DNA of 64,000 bases from Magallana gigas. Taxonomy: Eukaryota. Below are positions 1 through 12,284 of this stretch, piece by piece. Made by a program: the position numbers and the translations under genes. The notes beneath the pieces were generated by a model. That model was not told the origin of the DNA, ran no database searches, and saw nothing but the letters and a program-made list of their open reading frames with translations. The stretch's first letter is position 1; each line of letters opens with the position of its first letter. The DNA is taken from NCBI RefSeq assembly GCF_963853765.1, contig NC_088855.1, positions 35,030,001 to 35,094,000 on the forward strand. Direction: 5' to 3'.

Positions 1-120
1 AATTTCTATTAGAAATTCAGTGTGTTGCAAGCTAGTATGAACTTTTTTTTCAACAATGAAAGATCACAGCATATTGAGTACTGTGGGATAACGTGTACAC
101 AATTTTCTATACAAGGATAC

Positions 121-2040
121 TGGATCTTTTTGTCATCTCCCTCTCTGACACTGTGAACCAGTAGATTTCCTACTTCATCCACAGCTGCCAGAATTACATC
201 ATCTGTGTAAGCGAATGCTATGTCTACCACTTTCCCCGTCAGGTCCTTCAATAACGCCCGCTCCGCTGTCTTCCTATTGATGATTCGAACCACACCTCCA
301 GATTTACCTATTAACAGATTCTTCAGTTTACATACAAAAACATTTTGTTCAACTTTTATTTTGATTTCTAAATTTTACTTTAGACAACATTACATGCCTT
401 ATCTGACAATAATTGAAAGCATTAGACTTGTATGCGGTAAATGGGAGATTACCTCTCAGTGAATATGCAGCATAGACATTCAGTCTGTGCAGAGTTACCA
501 AATTTCCAATATAATACACTGGTTCCCACTCAAATTTCACTACTGGGGTAGTTTTCACCTAAAAATATAAATAAAAGTTCCATATTTGGGAACTATAGTT
601 TGTTAACTGAAATTTGGGGAGTGTTCCAATTATTTTATAATCTGATGACTTGCTTTTTCCAGCAAAAAACCTCTTTAAAAGTATATATAGACAGGTTTTG
701 TTACATAATTAGTTTTCTTAATGGACTCTATTGAGCATCTTTTGATGGGATAATTAAAGTCACAAAATAATAAAATTCTACTCGATCTAGCATTCTGTGA
801 AATTGAATTACTATTAAATGCTGAAATTGGGTTAGCCTGTAAATTAATGCATTGAAAATGCTAAGATTAAGTCCCAAATATTTATAACTAAGTTATACTC
901 TAAATTTAATAGTTAAAGGCATATCCTCTTTCAGCATGATCTTCACCTTATTACTTCCAGTTTTGGCTTGAGAACTTGCTGCTTCATTCGGTTTACTTGT
1001 GATTATTTCTACCTCTCTTCCATAAACACTAAAACTGTTGGCTGTATCACTTCCCTGGAGGGTGCTACATAAAAGAAAAAAAAAACAACATGAATTATGT
1101 TCATTAATGCAACTCTCTACAAATGATTTCTGTAACAAACGTGTGTTATATTCACAGAGTAAGATGTACTTTAAAACTTAAAAAGAGTTGGTTTTAATCA
1201 TGAGAAAAGTTGTACTATTCTTGAATTATTATTTTTGCTTGATACTTAATTGGTCTTGCTTTGACTCTTACATCAACTGTCTGGGCACTGGGTTATCATA
1301 CATAGTCATCATCAGTTCTGCCAATGTTGGATTTGTTCCATCACCTGACCCAGGGACCTCAGTGCTGAAAAAATCTCTTCATTTATACTTGTCCTATTTA
1401 GATTCCATCACTTATTTTTAAAATGCCATTAAAACTGTTATTATATCCAAATAGAAAGGTTATAAATAAGACAGGAAGTTTACTTAAATAAATTAAAAAA
1501 CATGAAATGAAAATTTTACCTCTCTGTAATGTGATGCAAAGTAGTTCCTTGTGGAATATTCAAACTTCCAGTAGAAAGAACTGTAATAAAACCAAATTAC
1601 AAGGTTTTTTTCAAACTTTTTTTGTGGCAATGTGATTAGCAATATAAACGTTAAATAATTATGATTATTAATAATAATGAAAGTAGGAGTTCAGCTTTCT
1701 AGAAAAAACATATTAATAACATTGAAGAATTAAACCTGATGAAACACATTGACATTATAGTGTGAATTTATCTAACGATCAGTTTAAGATTAAACCCTAC
1801 ACAGAGTAAATTCGGAATATCTGATTATTTTACCCCAAGTAATTATGAGATTACGTTAAATTAAAAAGACATGACGCTGGGGACATGCTAGAAAAGTGTA
1901 AAAACAGATCAACATAAGCATTCTTATTTTTTTATTAATAACGTACCGTTTGATTTTTGGAGGTTCAACAATTCCTGCAAGAGCTGGCCTGTGTCGCCGG
2001 TTGATTGAAGGGATGACGCTGGGCTATCCCCGTGATCCAT
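121..2040 (-). CDS. EDC4: Enhancer of mRNA-decapping protein 4 (Ge-1/Hedls), 5' part; gene continues beyond the left edge
   Basis: Phase-compatible GT-AG exons (minus): 1947-2040 (ATG at 2040, MDHGDSPASS...), 1520-1580, 1272-1364, 947-1064, 453-558, 121-307. Spliced peptide ...GREVEIITS...KTGSNK|VKTTPVVKFEWEPVYYIGNLV...YAAYSLR|GKSGGVVRIINRKTAERALLKDLTGKVVDIAFA...LAAVDEVGNL matches the N-terminal WD40 region of EDC4 (GSNKVK..PV.K..WE...Y.GNL..; ER.LLK..TG.V.D.AFA). Confidence 0.93.
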
Positions 2041-2644
2041 GACTGTCAATAAATCAAAATAGCAGTGAAATATTTTAAGAGTTTCATCTACTCAATTATA
2101 CAACAAATACAGATTTATTTCATTGACTAACTATTAAAAAAATTGCGTTGTTTACTTGCACACAGTAGAGCAATAATAGAATAATGATCCAAATATGGCG
2201 GCTTTCGACTCTTCTCGCACCGACGTAATATTTTGTATAAAAAATAAAGTGTTATTTATTGAATAGCTTCCATGTTAATCTTATTTAGACTGCAAAGTTT
2301 AAAAAAAAGTGAATGATATGTTAAAAAAAATGAAATCTTACCAGCGACAAGAATGGTTTGACCGAGCAGATATCACTAAAATCAGTAAAGTTACATAAGA
2401 ACATACATTATGGTTGCATGTTTAGCTGTATCAGTTAAACATATAATGAAATGCTTGACTATCAAAATAGTAAAATTATTTTAACTAGCATTTATCAGGG
2501 AAAGAACAAAGGTACGTTTGATCAGAATCATTAGTAAAACATTTTTTTTAAAATGATGAGTGTTGCGTCAATTAGCAAAATCGTGGAAAACTGCTAGTTC
2601 CGGTTTGTGGCTTGTGAATTTTCATTAATCCTAAAATCGAAACA
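2041..2644. promoter_or_regulatory. Bidirectional promoter shared by EDC4 and CFDP1, including a probable non-coding first exon of EDC4
   Basis: Divergent ATGs at 2040 (-) and 2645 (+). Minus-strand donor CAA|GTAAAC at 2156 and acceptor TTGACAG at 2043 define a 5'UTR intron. YY1-type AATATGGCGGC at 2192-2202 and ETS-type GTTCCGGT at 2597-2604. Confidence 0.7.
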
Positions 2645-5319
2645 ATGTCTGATGAAGAAGATTACAGTTCTAGCGACGATGAGGATTATGTACCTTCAGG
2701 TGAAAATTTCATGGTCATATTCTGTGTAAAATATTTTACATGACATTTTGTATCTTATATTGGTTTTATTTTTACATGGCATAACAAAGAGAGAGTGCAG
2801 TCACAGGGGCTCGTCACGAAGTTTTTTCAACCTTTTATATATACCACCTCTATACTATAAAATACACAAGGGAGGAATCAAAACTCGGAAAAATCGCTAC
2901 CTCCCGATTTCGGTCGCCTCGTATTAATTCTTCTCGGACGTTAAACCCTGCACTCTAGGTATCTTGTGTATTTTATAGTATAGAGGTGGTATATATAAAA
3001 GGTTGAAAAAACTTCGTGACGAGCCCCTGTGGTGCAGTGAGTGTGTGTGTGTTTATGAAAGAGTATGACACTTATGTTGTGTTGGTGCAAATAAAGCCAC
3101 CAGGTCCAGTACAGTCACTTGATTGGACAGAATAGCTCGGTGAAGCTGGTGATATGTACAAGCTCCCAGGGTTTCCGTCCAAATTTTTTTCACATTGGGA
3201 GCGACAGACCTGCAGGTCGTCCAACCAAATTTTTTCAGACCTGGAGCTTTACTTGTATACAACCAATTCTCGTCAAGGACCATTTTTCGCCAGTACAGTG
3301 TTACGTCATTTTAGTAGCTTATAAAATTATATACGAAAAATAATGTTACAATGCACTAACAAGAAATGGTCCACGAGAAAAAAATTTTTGATGGGAATTG
3401 GTTGTTTGCCATTATAGTTTTCAACTAAAAAAAAATGTTTTCTTAGAATTAGATATAGAATTTTAAAAATTTGAGATTCATGACAAAGTGATATTTGCAT
3501 TATTGACTGTTTACCAAACATAATATAAACATTGCTGCTTTTGAACACATTCCATTTGTGATAATGTTTATAAATTAAAAGGCACAGTACTGGCAAGCTC
3601 CTACAGGCACTAGCAATCAGTAGGTAGAACTGGTTTTTAAACTGAAGGGATTGTGTTCAAGCCAACTTGTGGGCATTCCACCTGCTCTACGTATACATTA
3701 CACTTTGTTCATGTTGTTTGGGTGACTGTACTCCACCTTGTGTACATTGAGACATAAATATTAAGTATAATTTCTTCACATTGTGCTTGATTGTTACCAA
3801 TCAATTATCTCATGATCCAGAGTTGCCTCTTTTTATATTTCATTCAAGAAGTAAATGTGTGGTCAATGAATCAATTCCCCCCAAACTTTAAAACTTTAAC
3901 TTCAATGTCTCTGAAGGAAATTTGATAAGTGATCTTTAATTCACTGTACATACATTATTTCCAGAACAGTTCAGGGATGAAAACTATCACTTCTTTAATT
4001 TCGACTTTATAATCACGTACATGCTAAAATAAATTACACATTTTAAAAAGTGTATTCAGTGACAAAGTAACTAAATTAAACTACCAGTATTTTGAATAGC
4101 AAGAGATTGTACTGGATGTGGTTACAGAGACACCAATGTATCTGTGTAGGTCTTTGGGTAATTTGATTTGCTATTTACTGTATAATACATTATATAGAGG
4201 GAGAAGTGGTGAGTGAGGAGGAAAATTCAGGGGACGAGGAAGATCTTGATGCACTTCATAAGGAGGCAGACACAGAGAATACAAAGGCAGGAAAAAGGAA
4301 ACGAAAAACCCAAAAAGAATTTGCTGCAAGGTACAGCTATCTTAAAACTCTATTACTCCAAGCCATTTAATAATTAGAGTATTAAATGCTCTATAAGGTA
4401 AGGGGGTTTTTTGGAAAAATAATAAACAGTTTTTATGGGTCATATTCCAATTTTTAGACAACATTCATTTATACTTCAAAAGAACATTATTGTCCCGAAG
4501 TGTCAGAATTTGCAGTCAAATATACTGTAACTGTGCAAAATTATGGTTCCTTAGCTTCACAAATGTGTGTCAAAATTAAAAAAAAAATTAATCCATAATT
4601 GCTATAAATGGAAACAGAAAATTTGTGTATGCTTTTGTTGTTGCACCACATTGATGTAAGGCTCATTAATTGATTTACTAGCATTGAATTGAACATTAAA
4701 ATCATAATTTAACAATGTTTTCAGAAGTGTAACTTTTATCTACTCTAAACAGGGTTATTTTTGCCTCAAGTTATTTTTGCCCTTCTACACTTGCAAACAG
4801 TTTCGCCCCGTCTTAAATTTGCTCAGACACACTTCTGTACTAAAGAGAGAACTTTGACATTGGAATTCGCCCAGTCTTAAATTTGCCCGCTGACAGCAAG
4901 AGGGAAAGGGGCGAAAATAAAACATGGGCGAATATTTCCCTGTATACAGTATCTATATATGTGCCAGATTTTATTACCGGTACCTAGTTTTCACGGATTA
5001 TAGAAGAATAATATGTACTAATAAAAATACCATTTGTTTATAGAAAGCGAAAAGGTGGTATTAAGCTTGATGGTGAATCTGAAGACCTAAAAGAATCTGC
5101 AGATGAATACAATAAAGTGTTGACTGAAGAAATCAAACAGGAACAGGAGGCTAAAAAAGAAGTACAGGAGAAAAAGAAGGCAGATGACTTATGGTCAAGT
5201 TTTTTGTCAGATGTAGGAAGCAGACCCAAATCAAAACCAGCCACTCCAAGTGGAAGTTCTGTTACCACTCCAAGTGGGAGTTCTCTTGCCAGTTTATCCA
5301 AGGTACCGGTACACATACA

Positions 5320-5354
<35 letters not shown>

Positions 5355-8300
5355 GAGTAAGCAAGAATAGCTGTGGGTTTCTGACAATGAGCCAGAATAT
5401 CAACACATGGCATATTGATAAAAAATAAAAGTTTTATTTTTAAAAAAAAAGGTAGAAAGTAGCATTAATAATACTCATAAGACCTTGAAAAACTGAGCAT
5501 TCAAAATGGTCAACATGAGTTTTGTGTAAACAAGTATAACTTATCATATGCTTACCAATACCAAGGATAAAGTAACCAGACAGACTAAATGAGACTGTTT
5601 TTATCTATAATGAAGTTACATTTACTTTGTTACATACTGGAATATACATGTACATGTAGTATATGTGTTGTTTAAGTAAGTAATATGGCATAAAATAGAA
5701 AATAGTATGGCATAAGATGTTTATTAATAATACATTTAATATAATGTTTACAATATATTTCATATTGTTTTTCAGCCAATAAAAAGTCCAGATGTGCCCA
5801 CTTCCAAAAAAGTGACAATAACCAAAGAATTTGACTTTGCAGGAGAGACAGTGAAGTAAGTGTGACAGTGTGTATTAGATATATACATGTAGTAGGCTCA
5901 GTACTGCCATGCTCCTACTAGCACTTACTAATTTAGCTCAGTTGGTAGAATTTGAACTGAAGGATTCTGGGTTTGAGTCTAGTTGAGGTTATTCCTCCTC
6001 TTCTGTTACATGTGTATTGGCGCCCAACAAAATTACCCACATGGAGTGGCTAAGAGAATCTTGTGTGAGATGAGGATAGAAATCTAAAAAAAAAAAGGGG
6101 GAAGAGTGTAATAGTGTGTATTAGTTACACTGTATATCACAGGCTCAGTACTCACTACTGCCAAGCTCCTACTAGCACTAGGTAGTGATTTAACCCTTTA
6201 GCTCAGGCCTATAATAAAAAATTGTGTGTTTAGGGTAACACTGATGAAAAAATTAGGTTATGTTGGTAGGGATTTTTTTTTTATTTTATCATATTTTTTT
6301 CTGCATGAATCCTAAGAATGTTTGTTTGTGTCATATTTAAAACAGGTTTTTTAATAGAATTGATACAAAATTCACAATTGGATAAAAACAGACACCTAAA
6401 AATGGTAGGATCCGGGCATTTTTGTAGGTTAGGTCTTGTTACCCTAAACACACAACTTTTTTTTTTAGGCCACAGTCAGGTCAGTGTTGGTTTTTAAACT
6501 GAAGGGATCTGGGTTTGAGCCTAGTTATGGTCATTCCTCTTCATCTACTGCATAAAATCTGTTTTAGAATATCATAGAGATCTTTCTATGTAAGCAACAG
6601 CAATTGATACATGTGTAAACAATATCATGATACATGCAATAAATGTTCCTGAGATTTTCAAGCAACCCCTGATTTTGTATGATTTTTTTGGCAGGAATAT
6701 ATTTTAACTGTATGTACTAATTTAAAGAGAAAAGATGAAATGACTACTTGCTCACACAAATTGTTTTAGAATTGCCCTCAACAAGATATCTGCATATAAA
6801 AATGGTATCGGTAAATATTACTTGCAGTAATTGCTTGCAGTATACAGACTCAGAAATTACATTTTGTTAAATATCTGTTCCTGTTGAATATCAAGACTTT
6901 TTATAGTCCATATATGGTATAAGATAAAAGTTTTATCCTTTAAACTTGTTCATGCCCTAATGAGTTACCTGTATTTAAACCATAGAGAGATATAGTCGGA
7001 AAAAAATGATGTATAAAGGGATAGGTACATGAAAGTATTTGGTTTAGTCCTAAGTGTTAATACTAGTATTTGATTTCTGTAGAATTACAAAAGATGTTGA
7101 TTTGAACTCAGAAGAAGGGAAAAAAGAAATGAAAAAATTGGCAGAGGAGAAGAAAGACCCAGTAAAAAATCCTGATACACCCGGTCCAGCAATGTTGTAA
7201 GTGTTTTTTCAAAGTTTATCAAAGCACACTCCAAGCACACAATTACTGCCATAGCACAAGTTTATTAAGTTGTTTATTTTTAGCCAAAATTATCAAACAA
7301 ATTATCGTCAAAGATTTCCTAGTAACTATTAATTGCAGTTGCTTGAAATTTTAACACACTCATTGTAAAGGCATGCCATATATTGGAATTCATTTTTGTA
7401 CCATTCGTATGTCAACTTCCTGTTAAATGATGACTTTGTTTACATTTAGCCTAAATTTTCATCAAAGATTTCTCAGCAACTATTATTCACAGATGTTTGA
7501 TCTTTGTTTAGGCATGCCATATAGTTTAGTTCACTTTTTAACAAATTTGATTTCAACTTCCTGTTAAATGTTGACTTTGCTTATTTGGTATATTCACATC
7601 AGGGCAGAGGTATCACTATTTTTAAAAGTCAGCGTTGGCTCACAGATATCGTGTTGTGTGTGTTGCAAATTCAAGTTTTTGCATATATGAACTGGTGCCA
7701 CATTAACAATTTCCCATAAAGCTATACTTCTGCATCAGGTACTCTGAGGCAGCAAATCTGATTGTACAACACCTCAAATTTACCATCTATGGTAGTTTTT
7801 CTTGCCAAGAAGAGTTGTCTTTCTTTAGATGCACAGGAAGTGGCCCGTTTTTTTTCACTATGTAAAATTAATGGATGTGATATTTTAATTGCAGTGGAAG
7901 AAAATCAGGGGGAGGACTTGGAAGTATATTGAGTAAAATTGGGAAAAAAGACAAAATCAGTACTCTGGTATGTTTTGTGATTTTACATTGTATTGTATAA
8001 AAAAAAGCTCTGCTAAGCTGGTTTATTTTCAGTTTTAAATATGTTCAACACTATCAATATAAGAACCAAATACACAATTCACTCATTAATCTTGACCAAA
8101 TACTCTCTGTCTTGGACAAGACAGATGATTTACATATGCCACTTTTAAAAAGATATTTAATGTTTTCAATATCTTGAATTACTGGTAGTAAATGTATCTA
8201 CTTGTGATTTTTTGTTGATTAGGATAAATCCAAACTAGACTGGGAGACATTTAAGCAGGAGAAAGGAATCTCTGAGGAACTGCAAATCCACAACAGAGGA

Positions 8301-9231
8301 AAGGAAGGGTAAGAATATCATGTATTTAACATTGGAAATTTGGAGATGACATGGAAAGGGTAAGATTATCATCATGCTTGAAACTGCTGTCAGACTTTGT
8401 TATGTGGAACAAGATGGGACTGTTAAAAACTTCAAGAAATCCAAGTATTCGAGATATCTAGGGTAAAATACTTAAAAAAAATAAGTGGTTTGGACTTACA
8501 ATTCACACCAACATATCCATTGTATTCGAGATATCAGTGTTCGAGATATCTAAGTTCAACTGTATATAAATTAAAAGGTAAGATGAAGACGTGTTTAACA
8601 CTGAAGCAGTATAAAGGGAAAGATCATCATTTTGTGTAAATAGTAGCCAATGGAAGCGAGGTCTAAGATTGTTATTAATGATTATGTATAAAGGATTAGT
8701 AAGAAAAGGGCAAGATTAACCTAATTCTGTGTACAATATTGGGTTAAGAAAGGTTAACTTATTGATATACTGATACATGTATATAAATCATAGGAAAAGT
8801 GGGCAAAACTATGAGTGCCTGTAAAAGTAGGAGAATAGCTAGTTTAAGAATTTGTTTAATACTAGATGAAGATTACATGTATTAAGATTCCAAGTTGTGT
8901 TACACTGTTTGTGTGTGTCAACATTAGAAGTTGACATGAAATTTTGTGTGTGTGATTGCTTTGATAAGTTTAGAAATTTGGTTTGTTAGTTTTTTGTAAT
9001 CATTGAAATAATAATTGTTGAGACTATACACATTACCATAGTTTTAATTCTAAGTTTTGAAAGAGCTAACATACCAAGTTTCATTGAATTAAGTTTGTTA
9101 TAATAATTACATCAGCACATGTTGTTGTATTTTTCAGATACATTGAGAGGTTGAATTTTCTGAGCAGAGCAGACCAAAGACAATTTGAAATTGAGAAAAA
9201 TATACGACTTGGATTGAATAGCAAAAGGTGA
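2645..9231 (+). CDS. CFDP1: Craniofacial development protein 1 (BCNT/Swc5 family), complete, 297 aa
   Basis: Exons 2645-2699, 4198-4330, 5044-5302, 5776-5855, 7083-7196, 7895-7967, 8223-8308, 9138-9231 (894 nt, all GT-AG, phases compatible). Acidic N-terminus MSDEEDYSSSDDEDYVPS, then KKADDLWSSFLSDVG and VTITKEFDFAGETV, and the BCNT-C domain [57 protein letters not shown]. Confidence 0.96.
2802..3031. mobile_element. 230-bp MITE with perfect 69-bp TIRs and a 7-bp TSD, in CFDP1 intron 1
   Basis: 2802-2870 (CACAGGGGCTCGTCACGAAG...TACACAAG) is the exact reverse complement of 2963-3031. GTGCAGT is duplicated at 2795-2801 and 3032-3038. Confidence 0.92.
3585..3663 (+). repeat. Degenerate copy of a tRNA-derived (SINE-like) repeat
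   Basis: CAGTACTGGCAAGCTCCTAC...GGTAGAACTGGTTTTTAAACTGAAGGGATT is shared with copies at ~5895 and ~6142. Confidence 0.55.
4743..4949. mobile_element. TA-flanked MITE (Tc1/mariner-type TSD)
   Basis: TA|CTCTAAACAGGG...CCCTGTATACAG|TA; 12-bp TIR with 2 mismatches; internal repeated TTCGCCC...GTCTTAAATTTGC blocks. Confidence 0.65.
5321..5354. repeat. (CT)n microsatellite
   Basis: Direct reading; just inside CFDP1 intron 3. Confidence 0.95.
5895..6000 (+). repeat. tRNA-derived SINE-like repeat with Pol III A/B-box remnants
   Basis: A-box-like TAGCTCAGTTGGTAGAA at 5934-5950 and degenerate B-box GGGTTTGAGTC at 5969-5979. No complete cloverleaf. Confidence 0.6.
6142..6540 (+). repeat. Third copy of the same SINE-like repeat, interrupted by a MITE
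   Basis: GGCTCAGTA...CCAAGCTCCTACTAGCACT...TTTAGCTCA[MITE]...TTGGTTTTTAAACTGAAGGGATCTGGGTTTGAGCCTAGTT. Confidence 0.55.
6206..6471. mobile_element. MITE with ~35-bp TIRs nested in the SINE-like copy
   Basis: Left GGCCTATAATAAAAAATTGTGTGTTTAGGGTAACA versus right TGTTACCCTAAACACACAACTTTTTTTTTTAGGCC; no clean TSD. Confidence 0.75.
7270..7650 (+). mobile_element. Degenerate non-autonomous element carrying ~2 tandem units of ~140-155 bp (HINE/Helitron-associated satellite-like)
   Basis: CAAAGATTT at 7309 and 7463, GGCATGCCATAT twice, CAACTTCCTGTTAAATG at 7413 and 7554. The family assignment is inferred from similar bivalve repeats. Confidence 0.5.
8425..8563. mobile_element. Right-end remnant of a MITE
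   Basis: Repeated TTCGAGATATC blocks ending in AGTTCAACTG|TA; left TIR not found. Confidence 0.45.
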
Positions 9232-9460
9232 CACATACGAGTATAGTGATAAAAGTGATAGAAAAAAATCAAAAATCACAAACAATGATGAATACCTAGA
9301 AAAGAAGATAGAAGTTGGACCATTTTCAGTGACTTTTACTTTACATACAGCTCAACAGGATTTGAGCACAGTTTTATTTTCATACATACATTAAAGTTCC
9401 ATCCATATGCTTTTGTCATTGGTTGTAATTGTTGTTTTTGGATACATGTAGAATTATGAA

Positions 9461-9466
9461 AATAAA
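9461..9466 (+). terminator. Candidate polyadenylation signal for CFDP1
   Basis: AATAAA 230 nt after the stop codon; another copy lies at ~9547. Confidence 0.4.
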
Positions 9467-12168
9467 AGCATTTCATGCCAGGTGCTGTGACCTGCCATCA
9501 TTTTTGAAATTTTAACTGGAAAGTCATACATTTGGTATATATTGTGAATAAAATTCATATGCTGAAGTGATTGTGATTCTTTAATACAATTCATATCTAG
9601 TTTTCACCCCGTATTTTTAAAAATGTGGGTTCTCTATAGATGTATCAAAAATGTTAGGCCAGAAACAATTTTTAAGTATCCCTTTGCTTAAAATTTAAAG
9701 TGCCTGTTTTGACTAGAGGTTAAAATAGTTCATAATCAATGGCAAAATGTCATATAGTATTGTAACCCCCACCTAACCCCACCCCCAACAAAATCCCAAA
9801 ACGGACTATATAGTACTACAGGTCATCTTTTCCATTTTCTCAGTAAGTTTTTGGATGTCCCGAGTAAGGGTCATTTTCTAAAAAAAAAAAACATTGATCA
9901 ATCAAAAACCTGATGTTGCTATCACATTTTTATATTTTAATTATGTTCACTATCTTTGCCATCTTTTGTTTTACCAATACATTTACTTGAAGTAAAAACA
10001 AATTTGCATTGACAAAGAAAATCTGCAGTATGATTTGTTTTCCAAAATGAGTGCTTGCTCTTGATATTGATATATTTATCCAATTTTATCCGATACTTGT
10101 TCACGTCATTATCAACCAGAAATTGAAAGGAAAATTGAAACAATTTAAAACGACTGTTTTACCATTCTTGAAAAAGATGAAGGACCATGCAGACAGTCTT
10201 GTTGTAAAACGAGAAAAAGGCATCTCTATGTCTGGCAAGTCGACATAATCATCTGACAAGTGGTGGCAGATCTATGCCACCATAAAATCAGCATTATCCG
10301 TGGGTTTGTTTAACCATTTTTCCTATTGGCGGAAGTTCCAACTGAATTCAAAGATTCATTTTATTTCTGTTAAATTTTGAGAGGTTTTAAAAGTTCGTAT
10401 TGTTACAGAAAGCCTGAAAAAGTTGACTTAAAGCTACACGTTAAGTGCATATACACGTGTTTGTTAGAATAAGAGCAATCCCGAAAGTCAATGAATTCTG
10501 ACATCATTTTGTTTCCGAGAGGCGCGGTTCAGAAACCATTGAGTTTGTTCGAGGTACAAACATATATGCGTACTTTTGAACATGTTGAAATGTTCATCCT
10601 TTCTTCATTTTCAGTTGATTATATTATTATTAAATTATATTCTAAAAAGACAATTTATTATCATCATTAGACGTATTTTTCAGAGACTTTATTGATTGAT
10701 GCTTGAGTTACATTCCACAGTAAAATTCTGTAGAATCAACGAGCCCAAAACCTAACAATGATTTAAAATCGTTGCGGCCACCGGGACTGAGGTGATTGTG
10801 TTGAAATGTATGCATATGGAATATCGTTGGTGCACTACAAATTTTAGTGCTCAGAGGCAGTTGGGCCACATGAGCTTAAATTTGAAGTGGCCCACATTTT
10901 CTCGTTTTACAGTTGTTGAAATATTATCAAAATACCACCCCCCCCCTTCCCCACCCATAATATAAAAAAATTATTAACTCGCATTTGGAAAAAGCGTATT
11001 TTCGTAAAGTTTTGGGGTTTTTTTGTAACTTTAGCTGCGCGGGGGTCGCAAAAATTAAAAAACGGGATTTACTTTTTGTAAGGGTGAGAACTCGATGCCT
11101 TACGAAGGGAATGTCAGATTAAAACATATTCAAAATACATTGCTTGCTTTTCACTAAACATCGACTATGACCTCTAATAGGTTACCGTTTCCATTAATTG
11201 GTGCCGAATTTTAACGAGAATACACAGTACACATACTTTGCAAAGAAGTACAAATTGAAATTGAAACGAGAGGGAAATCGAATATTTCTTTATTGACTCT
11301 TGATTCATTTTTACCCGGAGAAATTAACATGAGCAAAATCTTTCTTACGGAGATGTGTAACGGGAAATGTTTATATCTTTTCTCCATTCCGATATACTCG
11401 GGGCACCTTGCGCAAATTTTCAACCTTGTAATCCGGGTACTTTTCATGTCGTTTGCAATGCAAAATCCCCGTAGACTTTCTAATTTTGGTTGTGTATCAA
11501 AACCTAAAGCGGTAAAGGGGGCATTTTAAAACAAAAAATCTGTCCTTTTCTATTGTAGTGGATGTACATAGTTTTGGCACAAAGGTACATGACTGTATTT
11601 ATGATTATCGAAATATTAAGCAAAAAGTGGTGGAAGCAGAAACTTGGGACAGAGTACAGAGTATAGCACTTACTGTACACATACTCTTTAAAGCAGCAAA
11701 TCAATAATGGTAGGAGGAATACACACCCAAATAGTATATTTTTTAAAAAGCACAAAACACCCCCCCCCCCCCAAAAAAAACAAACAAACAAACAAACAAA
11801 CAAACAAAAACAAAAAAACGAACCCGGGGAAAAGGAAACACTAACTGTGGAAAACCTTGAATTTCTTCTCGAAGGGGATATTAGGTTAAGGTTAAATTTT
11901 TTTTACTCATTTACTCATGTTCTTTTCTTTTTTGCATGAAATTCATAAAGAAAAAGACAATTGACTTAATTTTTCTATTAAAAAACATGAGAAATAGATA
12001 CATGTATATTGCTATTGGTGGTCGGATCGGGCGGAACCCCCCTCCCCCATTACAATGTGCCTTAAATACCAGTATATGAATTAAGGGGAGTGAATCGATT
12101 TGCATAATTTACATGTAGCCTACTTCATTAGTTCCCCTTCTATTTTGTTGAGGTACAGCGCATGTGTC

Positions 12169-12284
12169 AATTTCCCACGATGTCAACAAGGGCAACATAC
12201 ACGTGTGGCATGCATATCTAAGTTTTTACGTGGGAAAATTAGAAAGTACCGATTGTCATCAGTTCTTATCTAGGAATTTAAGAG
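12169..12284 (+). promoter_or_regulatory. Putative promoter/first non-coding exon of the HLH-HMG-CW gene
   Basis: Strong donor AAGAG|GTAAGT at 12284/12285 and acceptor ATATTAG at 12513. Motifs TTCCCACG (12172-12179), CACGTG (12200-12205), CGTGGGAA (12229-12236). Confidence 0.5.

Noticed and set aside
893-946. ORF-track extension VKIMLKEDMPLTIKFRV after GSNK in EDC4
   Set aside because: Intron read-through; the donor AAG|GTGAAG splices to 558 (VKTTPVVK).
5895-6000. Functional tRNA gene
   Set aside because: Only A/B-box remnants; stems do not pair. The same applies to 14716-14776 and 50888-50960.
2645-9231. LINE endonuclease fusion as in ruminant p97Bcnt
   Set aside because: No endonuclease-like coding sequence; the gene splices to an ordinary 297-aa CFDP1.
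10051-10248. 65-aa ORF as a separate gene or transposon remnant
   Set aside because: No recognisable motif, stops in the adjoining frames and no consistent splice partners.
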